In this document: positions 49,830 through 59,700 of the stretch, one piece after another | Numbering within the stretch: position 1 is the first letter of the stretch | Layout: each line of letters opens with the position of its first letter | Origin: Cirrosporium novae-zelandiae | Taxonomy: Eukaryota | Direction: 5' to 3' | Length of the DNA stretch: 64,000 bases | Assembly (NCBI GenBank): GCA_026023565.1 | Contig: JAPETS010000013.1 | Location: forward strand, 124,001 to 188,000 | The notes under the pieces: generated by a model | The model's input: the letters and a program-made list of their open reading frames with translations, nothing else | What the model was told of the DNA's origin: nothing | Database searches by the model: none | Made by a program: the position numbers and the translations under genes

Positions 49830-50870
49830 ATGGCCGCCTATAAACCTGGTATCTCCAGCATGTCCCTCGGACGAGCCTGGGTTCATGACCTTGACTACAA
49901 AATTGAACAGGCCTGCCGGCAAGGATTCAAGGGAATCGAGTTATTCTACGAAGATCTCGAATATGTAGCCAAAGGGCTCCCTGGCGGTCTCACCGATGGC
50001 AATCGCATCGAAGCTGCACATCAAATTCACAAGATGTGCAAAGACCCTTTCAGAAATCGCAATATAGATATAATTGGCTTACAGCCATTTATGCACTACG
50101 AGGGTTTACGCGATAGAACACAACATGCTTCCCGCATTGAGAAACTCAAGCTCTGGTTTCAGCTCATCAAGATCCTTGACACGGATATTATTCAAATTCC
50201 GTCCAACTTCTTAAAGTCCGAGGAGATTACAGATGATTTCGACACCATTGTCAAAGATTTGCGCGAAGTGGCCGATCTCGGTCTTCAGGAAACACCACAG
50301 GTCCGATTTGCGTACGAGAATTTATGTTGGGGCACGTATGTGGACACCTGGTCAGCTGCCTGGAAGATCATAGCTGCCGTTGATCGACCCAACTTTGGCA
50401 TGTGTCTGGATACCTTTAACATTGCAGGCCGGGAATGGGCGGATCCGGCCTCTCCTGACGGCAAAGTGCCTAATGCGGATGCTATTCTCAAAGCGAGTCT
50501 AGTAAAAATGAGAAAGACGATTGATATAAAAAAGATTTTCTACGTGCAGGTCGTTGATGCGGAACGGCTACGTAATGCTCTTACTCCAGAGCACGCATTT
50601 CATGTTGATGGACAACCGCCTCGAATGAGCTGGTCACGCAACGCGCGATTATTTGCGTTTGAAGAGCCAGGTTATCTTCCTATCCTGGATGTGCTGCATG
50701 CAATTACAGACGAGGATGGATTAAAGTTTAAAGGGTGGATCTCGATGGAACTATTTTCGAGAACAATGGCAGATCCAAAGAAAGAGGTGCCGAGACAGCA
50801 CGCAGAGAGGGGAATGAGATCGTGGAAGAAATTAGTAGAAGTGATGGGGTGGAAAAAGACAAGCGGATGA
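49830..50870 (+). CDS. qutC: 3-dehydroshikimate dehydratase
   Basis: PGISSMSLGRAWVH, GFKGIELFYEDL, LQPFMHYEGL, RFAYENLCWGT, NFGMCLDTFNIAGR, YVQVVDAER, RMSWSRNARLF, WISMELF. Confidence 0.95.
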   Translation: MAAYKPGISSMSLGRAWVHDLDYKIEQACRQGFKGIELFYEDLEYVAKGLPGGLTDGNRIEAAHQIHKMCKDPFRNRNIDIIGLQPFMHYEGLRDRTQHASRIEKLKLWFQLIKILDTDIIQIPSNFLKSEEITDDFDTIVKDLREVADLGLQETPQVRFAYENLCWGTYVDTWSAAWKIIAAVDRPNFGMCLDTFNIAGREWADPASPDGKVPNADAILKASLVKMRKTIDIKKIFYVQVVDAERLRNALTPEHAFHVDGQPPRMSWSRNARLFAFEEPGYLPILDVLHAITDEDGLKFKGWISMELFSRTMADPKKEVPRQHAERGMRSWKKLVEVMGWKKTSG

Positions 50871-51554
50871 AAGCAATATGAGCTATAGGAAGGAAGCAAC
50901 ACTAAGTTATCACAGAATGGAATTACTGACGGTTCATTTGAGGAATAAAAGAAAGAAACGCACCGACGGCTTTTGCATAAATAGTTCAATGTACCAAGTG
51001 AGCCTAATTCTAAATTTCTTGTCTCAGCAAATCCCATGACAAACAAGCGTTCACTTAAGAGAAATTTTTTATAACTATCCATCCAATTGGGTTCTGCCAT
51101 CTCTTTCGGACTATCTACCTTGGCACAAGAAAAATGAACTCATCCAGGGATTAAGGTAGATGTTACTGTTCTGTTCCACCACACTAACTGCACCATGTTA
51201 CTCGAGCCCCGTTTCCGTTCTAGACCAGACCATCTTGTATTTACAATCAACCCTCAAGCAAGAGTCACACTTGAGACATTTATTCCAGAATATTGTCTTT
51301 ATAAACCGTCAATGCCCTCCAATTCCTTGCTATCAAGATGCAGCATCCCTAAAATTTAGTGGTAGCCTTTTCAGCGGTTCAATCAGCCCGCCCACCCCAA
51401 CAATTAGGTCATAGCTTATAGCTTACAACGCACTGTAACTCCACCCCACCCCGCCCCTCTGCTCTGCTCCGCTCCCCCACCCGTTCTCCTCCTAAAAAAA
51501 TTTGTTTCTCTTTCTTCTCTCTCCTCCCTCTACCCCCCCACCAAAACCCCAACC

Positions 51555-53131
51555 ATGTCCCCCGAACCACTCGACACCAACACTAAACCTACCACCATGT
51601 CGACGCAAACCAAAACCAAAATCACCACCACCACCCCCGCGGACATCGACATCGAAGAAGCAATCTCGATCGATTCCCGCGAGGAAAAGAAGCTGGTCCG
51701 ACGCCTGGACCTATTCATAATCCCGCTGGTGATGGCACTATACACGTTCAGTTTCTTAGACCGGGTTAACATCGGCAACGCTAAGTTCGGATTACCATTT
51801 CCGCCCCCCCTCACTCCCGATCCTCAAAAACTAACACTTAACCCCCAACCCACAGACTCTACGGCCTAGAATCCGACCTCCACCTCTCCGCCTCCCAATA
51901 CCAACTCTCCGTCTCCCTCCTCTTCATCCCCTACCTCCTCTCCGAGCTACCCTCCAACCTAGTCCTAAAGCGGCTCCGCCCATCCCGGTGGATCGCCTTC
52001 ATCGCGACCTCCTGGGGCATCATCGCCACTCTAACGGGGATCGTATACTCCTTTGGGGGCTTACTAACCTGCCGCCTCCTCCTCGGCGTCGTCGAGGGGG
52101 GGCTCTTCCCAGGAATGACAATCTACCTGACCTTCTTCTACACGTCGCGGGAACTCGCCTTGCGCATAGGATACCTATTCGTCTCATCCGCACTCGCAGG
52201 CGCGTTTGGGGGTCTCCTCTCCTACGCGATCGCGCACATGGACGGACTATGCGGTCTCCGCGCCTGGCGCTGGATAATGATTCTCCAAGGTCTCCCCTCC
52301 ATCCTCCTCGGCATCACATGCCTCCTCTACCTCCCCGACTCCCCCACCACCGCGCACTTCCTCACCCCGCGACAAAAAACAATCCTAACAACCCGTCTCG
52401 CAAATCAACAACACGTGACGCCCACATCCACACAGCTGCACCGGCGAGACGTGATGAAGGGTCTGCGGGATTGGAAGGTCTGGATGTTCGCTCTCGCCCA
52501 GTTTGGGTGCGATACTATGTTATATGGGTATAGCACTTTTTTACCCACGATTATTAAATCATTGGGTACGTGGTCGACGACCGAGTCCCAGGCGCTTACG
52601 ATCCCTTGCTATGCGCTGGGGGCTATAACCTACATGGCCACGGCGCATCTCTCCGACCGCTCCCAAAGACGGTGTATCTACACCGTTTCCTTCGGTTGCA
52701 TATCCCTCCTGGGCTACGCCCTCCTCCTCACGCCCACTTCCTCAGGGGTACACTACCTAGGCTGTTTCCTCATAGCCATGGGTCTCTACACTTTAGTGGG
52801 TCTCCCCCTAGCCTGGCTCCCCAGCAACCAGCCCCGCTATGGGAAGAAAACAACAGCCACGGCGCTGCAGCTGATGGGTGGAAATGCGAGTGGGATTTTA
52901 GCGGGGTTTTTGTATCCGGAAGCGGAGGGACCGAGGTTTATTAGGGGGCAGGCGGTTTCGTTGGGAATGGTTGCTTGGGCGGTGTTTGTTTATGCGGGGA
53001 TGGGGGGTTATTTTAGGTGGAGGAATGCGAGGAGGGCTGGGGGGAAGGAAGATGGGAAAATAGAGGGGTTGAGTCCGGAGGAGAGGAGGGAGTTGGGGGA
53101 TGAGGATCCGGGGTTTGTGTTTATGGTTTGA
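51555..53131 (+). CDS. MFS anion:cation symporter (Dal5/Tna1-like) transporter (exons 51555-51784, 51856-53131)
   Basis: EKKLVRRLDLFIIP..LYTFSFLDRVNIGNAK|LYGLESDL..ELPSNLVLKRLRPSRWI..RLLLGVVEGGLFPG..LRAWRWIMILQG..SNQPRYGKK..ELGDEDPGFVFMV. Confidence 0.9.
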
Positions 53132-53134
53132 GAG

Positions 53135-54330
53135 GTTGGGAGATTGAGAAATGGAAAAACGGCGAGAAAAAGAAAAGAAAAAGGTAGTTGTTCTGTTTCC
53201 GGTTTATTGTTCATGTTTTTATATCATATCCCATATCCCCATATCCCCATCCTATATCTTATTCCCTACTTATTAGAAAAACGATACAGTACAATAACAA
53301 TAACAATAACAATAACAATTATTTAAATCTTAAAGAAAATAGAGAAATAGAGGGGTTAAATCTAGAAGAAAAGAAAAAGAAAAAGAGGGAATTGGGAATT
53401 GGGAATTGAGGGATTGAGGGATCAGGAAAAGGGGATTAGGAGAAAGAAGTTTGTGTTTGTGTTTGTGTTTGTATTTATGGTTTGAGAGATTCAGACATGT
53501 GGTTTTTTGTGTATGGGGGGGAAAGGGGTGTGGTTTCTCCTGCTTACTGTTTCCAGTTCACGATTTACATACAGTTCATATTTTCAATAGAGATAGAGAA
53601 AAAAAAAGAAAGAAATAGAGGGATTGAATCCGGACTCCGGAGGAAAGGAAAAAGAATTGGGAAATCAGGATCTCTGGTATTTGTGTTTATATTTATATTT
53701 ATGGTTTATGGGTTGAGAGGTTGAGAATATGAGTGTGTAGAGGAGGGGAGGTGATTATTCTGTTTACCGTTTCCTGTTCACGTCTTACAGTTTTACAGTT
53801 CACGTTTCTATATCCCCCATATCCCATCTCATCCCTCATCCCTTATCCCCCCCATCTTATATCTCCATTCCTCATCCCTCACCTATCAAGAATCCCTTTC
53901 CCTTTCCCTTTCCCTTTTCCCTTTTTCTTCCTAAACCCATTATCTATTATCTATTCCTACTCCTATTGTAGGGCTGTAAGCTAACTGATGTAAACTAATG
54001 TAAACTGGTGTGGATATTATATTGTTTGACTGACTGAGGGTCTACAGTAGAATCTAGAATCTAGAAAATCTAGAAATCCAAGACGGGGATGGGGATAGGG
54101 ATGAGGATGTCAGCTCAGCTTAATTAGTACTGTAAGGAGGTGACGGATGCTAGGGCAGGCATGTTGGTATGCATCATATATATATGCCAAGGTCCTAAGG
54201 AACCGTAACATCCATGTTATATCTATTCCTCTTTCACCTTCTTTTTCTTGAATGCTTCCAAAGGAAAAAAAAGAAGAAAAAACAACACCCATGTCGAGTT
54301 AAAATTAATATCAATATCAATAATAATAAT
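53135..54330. repeat. Low-complexity block between the convergent MFS and orphan genes
   Basis: (ACAATA)n ~53291-53318, (GGGAATT)n, (TTTGTG)n, (CCCTTT)n. Confidence 0.85.
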
Positions 54331-54423
54331 AATAAAATGGCCTTTTTCCGACTAAACTACTTGGTTAATCAATGCTTCATCAATCAATCAACTCCAAACC
54401 ACTTTCTCTACTTCTCTTTTTAT

Positions 54424-56106
54424 TTATTTCTCCTCCTCTTCACCCATAAAAATATTAGAATCCTCCGTCTTCGCAATTTCACCCATAGAAATATCAGGAT
54501 CCTCCGTCTTCACAACTGCATAGTCACCACCATCTTGCAGCTCCACAACTTTCCTTTCAATACTCATAGCCAGCTCTTGCAATATACCTAACCTCTCCTG
54601 GCCTACATCCTCGTCACTCTCACCCTCCCTCTTCAACATATCCATAACCCTCTTCATCACCATCGCACCCCCCGCAATCCCCATCTCAAATGCCTTATTC
54701 TTGGTAATGTCCAGCAGCCGCGCTCTCACAACATCCCAACTGTTTTCGAGGGCTTTCTCAAGCTGATCTCGCGCGAGAACTTTGTTTTCGGGGTGTGCGG
54801 CCATTATTCGTTCTCGGCTTGAGTAGAGGGCAGCTTGGGTGTCGGCTCGGAGGCGCTGGATGCATTTTTCAGCGTGGATTTTGGCGGCTTGGATTGAGAC
54901 TTTTACTTCATCTTGTAGGTTTAGAGTGAGGGATGGTAGGGAGGAGGGTGATGATGCGGTGATAGGCTCTTCTGCTGTCGTTGTTGCTGTTTTTTCTATT
55001 GCTTTGAATTGCTGTATCATTTCTTCGATTATCCCAAAAGCCTTTCGTTCTGTGTATCCCGCATTTCTTTCTGCCTGGTTCACTACCTCTTGCCACTCAT
55101 GCTCAAACTGGATGTCCAAATCCAGCCACTCCATATCCTGATCATCTCCTCCAAATCCCATTTCCCCGGCTTTCTCTCTCTCTGCATCAGTCATGTCTCT
55201 CTCGGACTTAATCTCCTCGCCACCTTCCTTCTCCAACAATTCATTATTAACCTCTTCCATTGCATTCTGCCTCGCTTCCTCAAGCGCTTCATATATTTCG
55301 CTACATGGTATTCCATCCGGGATCGTTACTTCTATTTTGGTTCTCCCGTCGGTGCTTTTGATGAACGTTTGCGTTATACCGTGACCCAGGTATAATTCTA
55401 GGATAGAAGGCATAGGTGTTGGAGATGGGATGCGGCTCGGTGCAGGGGACTGTGTTAGCAAAGGAAGATTGGTATTGGAGACTTTAGTCTCTGTCGATAA
55501 AGCTGAGTCTAGCAGTGAGAGTCCGGGTATGGATCCTGGACTGAAGATTTCTGTGACAGATACATTTGTAGGAGTAATGCTGGGAGCTGACGATCCTGCC
55601 TGGGCTGTTGATGAAGAGGTTAATTCTGATTTTGGCATTGTGTATGTCCTTTCTGTTTTATCTAAAAGCTGAGTATCTGTAGATGCTTCGAGAACCGTGC
55701 TTGAATAAGTTGAAGAATGTGTATATTCTTGACCCGAAGTTAATGCTGATTGGGTAATTGAAGTATAGTCTTTAGAATCTGAAGACCCAAACAAAGAATT
55801 TTTTCCGGGTGTTTCTTTAATACTTTGGTCTCCACAGTCTCGATTGCCATTTTCTCTTACTCGTTTGTTAGTTGGGTGTGAAGTTGCCGATTCTTCCACA
55901 CTTGTACCACTTTTTGCTATAAGAGCTCCTGGTGGTTCTAGGCAAGAGGGGGGGCTGGTCTCAGTTGTGGATTTTGCCGTATCTGCTGCTCGCTCCTTAA
56001 TCGTTGCTGGTGGTTCTATGACCTGTTTTCTTTTTCTCTGTGTTTTAGGCTTGATCGCTTTCTTCCTTGTTCCCACCGTCATTCTTCCACTCCTAGTCTG
56101 GACCAT
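54424..56106 (-). CDS. Hypothetical 560-aa protein (basic N-terminus, S/T-rich middle, helical acidic C-terminus), intronless
   Basis: Long ATG-started ORF with NLS-like RKKAIKPKTQRKRK; family not recognised. Confidence 0.75.
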   Translation of the reverse strand: MVQTRSGRMTVGTRKKAIKPKTQRKRKQVIEPPATIKERAADTAKSTTETSPPSCLEPPGALIAKSGTSVEESATSHPTNKRVRENGNRDCGDQSIKETPGKNSLFGSSDSKDYTSITQSALTSGQEYTHSSTYSSTVLEASTDTQLLDKTERTYTMPKSELTSSSTAQAGSSAPSITPTNVSVTEIFSPGSIPGLSLLDSALSTETKVSNTNLPLLTQSPAPSRIPSPTPMPSILELYLGHGITQTFIKSTDGRTKIEVTIPDGIPCSEIYEALEEARQNAMEEVNNELLEKEGGEEIKSERDMTDAEREKAGEMGFGGDDQDMEWLDLDIQFEHEWQEVVNQAERNAGYTERKAFGIIEEMIQQFKAIEKTATTTAEEPITASSPSSLPSLTLNLQDEVKVSIQAAKIHAEKCIQRLRADTQAALYSSRERIMAAHPENKVLARDQLEKALENSWDVVRARLLDITKNKAFEMGIAGGAMVMKRVMDMLKREGESDEDVGQERLGILQELAMSIERKVVELQDGGDYAVVKTEDPDISMGEIAKTEDSNIFMGEEEEK

Positions 56107-56600
56107 TGCAACTGTAGATTAAGCTTTCTAGAAATTCTTGTAACTCTTCATAGTGAGGGACCTACTGCGAGGTTAGACACATTGATAAATCAGTATCGAT
56201 GAACAAAGAGGACGGATGCGGAATGACGATGGTCATAGCTTCATTGGAATGCTTTGTATTGTTTCTATGGTGAAAGATACGAAAGAATATAAGGATGGCA
56301 GTCTTTGAACTGGATGGGTTGTGAGTGCTTTACATAATAATATGAGGATAGAAATCCTGTACAAAAATCTAAGAAACTTGAAATCTGGGATTTGAGCAAA
56401 GCTGTTGATACACAAGATAGATTATGGAATTAAAAGTATATTGGGAGATTAATTGATGGATGTGAATTATATCCATATGTTCTAAGAGATGTGAGATGTG
56501 ATGGTCGTTTGAGGCCAAGCCGGGCCTATGATTCTCCCAACCCCCCAACACGTTTTGTAATTCCAAATTGTACAGTACATGTATAGTACTTCGTATCTGA

Positions 56601-56636
56601 TTCGCGACCGCGTTCAATTGCCGACCCCCGACGCGT
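56601..56636. promoter_or_regulatory. MCB (MBF) cell-cycle element cluster upstream of MRC1
   Basis: Perfect ACGCGT at 56631-56636 plus TTCGCGA and CCGCGT cores within 36 bp; MRC1 is an MBF target in yeasts. Confidence 0.6.
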
Positions 56637-56783
56637 TTCTCTTCTACTACCTGAACATAAACTCCCCCTCTCCTTCAATCCGCCATATCATACCAAACCA
56701 TGTCAACATGATTTATGACTGATCCAGGATCTTATCATTCCTAATTCTACCTATCTTTTAATTTCTCAATCACTATTCCCATC

Positions 56784-59700
56784 ATGGCCACTCCTAGCTC
56801 AATGCGATCCCCATCGCGTCCCGAATCTACCATTGCAGATGACGAAAATGTTCTCACTCCAAGAAGCAAAATTCGAGCCATGATGGCTGCAATTGATGAC
56901 GACTCAGATGACGAAAATACAACTTTGAATCCTACGCAGATAAATAATGCTCAAAACAGTGCATCCTTGCATCAGGATACAATACTATCCGACGCCAAAT
57001 CCGATACAGAGGCATCAGTCAGTGGAAGCGATGGCGAAGATGACGATGACGTCCCCATAATTCCTAGAGGACGGCTAGCGGCTAGATTGTTAGGGAAGAG
57101 CAAGGAAATATCCAATGTGTCGAGTCATAGCAAAACAGACAATAAGAGTGATGACGATAACGCCTATGAAAAAATTAAGAAACAGCTTATGGGGGAATCC
57201 AAAGTACACAAATTTAGTCCAGCACGAAATCAAGTTTCCGGGGTGGCTCCTCCTGAAAACAGTGATTCGGATGAGATACATGATACAACACGAAGAAAAA
57301 AGTTGAAATCGGGCGTTAGAAAACCCTCAATTGAACAGAGTTCTACTCCAGCCAGATCTCGAGAAACAACACCGGCATTCTTTGTTACCCCTGGCAAGGG
57401 ATCCCCTACACCTATACGTCAAGGGGCTTCCGAAAGTGACTCTGACCCCGATCTACCTCTTAATCCCGTTTCAAAATCAAGGCTCGAAGAACTAATCGCC
57501 AAGAAACGAGAAGAACGTTTGGCTAGGGAAGCTGCTGCGAGGAAGAAGAAGGAGGATATGGTTGCCAACTTGGAGGCACTCTCACAGAAAGCTGTTCGTG
57601 AGAATGGAGGGACCTTTTCGGAGACCGACAGCGATGGAGAAGCCAAGCAGCGATTGACACAGGGCTCAAGGCCGACTCGGAAGAGTAGTAAAAAGGCTAT
57701 AGAAGAAATGAAGAGAGAAACACAAAGAATGGAAAGAAATATGCAGCTTGCACATCAGGCTCGGACAAAGAAGAAAGTTACGAAGGAGAGCCTATTTGCA
57801 AAGTTCAATTTCCGCCCTGTAGGAATGGCTGCTGAAGCCTCAGCACAACAAGCGCCATCAGCTCCTCCCGAATCCTCGTCACAGTCGAGTATTGAAAATG
57901 ACCAGGAGAAGAGCACACCGCCAACAAGCCCCTTGCGCGAGGGGAGTCCTGAAAAACCCACAGCACTTGTTAATATCACCAACATGGATACAACAGAAAC
58001 CCCAGAACTCAATGTGGAGGAAGAAATGCCGACTCTTGATGAGTTGATCATTCAATCTCAGGCAGCACCAGCTTCCGACAAAGGAAAGGGCCGGTTGATT
58101 GATTTCGAACACTCTAAAGACCAGATGCAATCAGCTAAAGCTCCTATCAAATCATCAAGTCATCCAAAAATGTCTCCAAAACGCGATTTTCATATGACTT
58201 TGGATTCGGACGATTCGGACGGCCTAGAAATTGTGCGAGATGCCAAACCTCGAAAATTTGCTGTGTTTGACAGAATTCCTATCCGTCAAGCACAGGAAAA
58301 TCATTCCTTGCACACACTAAGGGCGCTAGCCCATCTCAGCTCCCCCGGTAAGCAACCTTCTAAATCTCGTGTCTCAATGACGCCAGCTCAGATGGAGGCT
58401 TCATTGCGCCAAAGAGCTCGCGAGCAAGCAGCCAGAGAACGGTTGGAAAAACTGGAACGTTTAAAGGCCCAGAATCCTAATATGATATTTGAAACGGCCG
58501 AGGAAACAGAGAAGAGGCAACTGGCAATTGAGGACATGGTTGAAAAGGCAAGACAGGAAGCCGAAGAAATCTCTAAGCGAGAAAAAGCCGCTGCGAAGAA
58601 AGAAGGCAAATCAGGGGAGCATTTCATAGATAGTGATGATGAGGATGAGGATTATATTGAAGAAGGCGAAGAAGCAGATGTTGAGGTAGATCCCGAGGAG
58701 GAGGAAGACGAAGAGGATGAGGATGATGGCGGGGATGACGGCGAGGAACCTGATGGAGGCGTTGAACTACCTAACGCTCCTGAAGGAGTAATGGTTGAAG
58801 AGGAAGCCGAAGAAACAGAAGACGATGAACTTGCTGAAAAGGAAAAGGAAAACGAAGACGCAGATGACGAAGACGAAGAAGCCAATATTCTGCCCACCAG
58901 ACGAAAACGCCGAATGCATCGGATCATCGATGACGACGAAGCAGACGAAGAGCCCATTTCTCAAAGTATAACATCGGCCCCTGTAACTCCTGCAGTCAAA
59001 ACTCCAACCAGACCTGTTATACCAGGCTTACCAATGTCCGATGTCACACCAATGGGTCTCACCCAGGCATTTGCAGCCACTATGGCAGACAACAGCCAGA
59101 TTGACGACGACTCTATGGACGTTGACAACGAACAGGAATCCCTAACCTTCCTCCGGCAAATGCCTGATTTCAACCCTCCATCAATGTCAACTCCAGGCTT
59201 CGGATCCCAAAATGTTATCACAGACAGCCAAAGCAGCCCTGTAAGAAAGGCGCCAGGGTGGGAAAACCCCACGCCCTCTAGACCACAGACTGCCAACATC
59301 GACCTCGACTTCACACAATCCCAAATTGTAAGGGACTCGTTTTCCGGCACGCAGACGCAGGGATTAGACCTGCTTTCTCAAATCCCAGATCCCTCGCAGG
59401 ACCAAGGTTTTGATCCCATTTCGCCGTTTAAACATCGATTTTCGTTACCATCACAGCAAACTATAGATACAACATCAATCAGATCCCAAAAGGAAGCCTC
59501 TACGCCACCTCGCAAGGAAAGAAAGCGGTTACGCAAGAGGTTGGAAGCCGTGCCCAAGCTCTCTGACGTCGACGAAGCTACAAACGAGGAACTCAACTCT
59601 GCAGACGAAGACGATCTTCTCTTCGACTCGCCCACCGGTGGACGCAAACTCGACATCTTCGACATCATGAAAGCCGCCTCCCGGAAACGCACCAGGCCGG

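Noticed and set aside
43298..50890. Cryptic peroxisomal targeting by stop-codon readthrough in qut enzymes
   Set aside because: No TGA-CTA context, and the readthrough tails checked (qutE, qutC) do not end in a PTS1 tripeptide.
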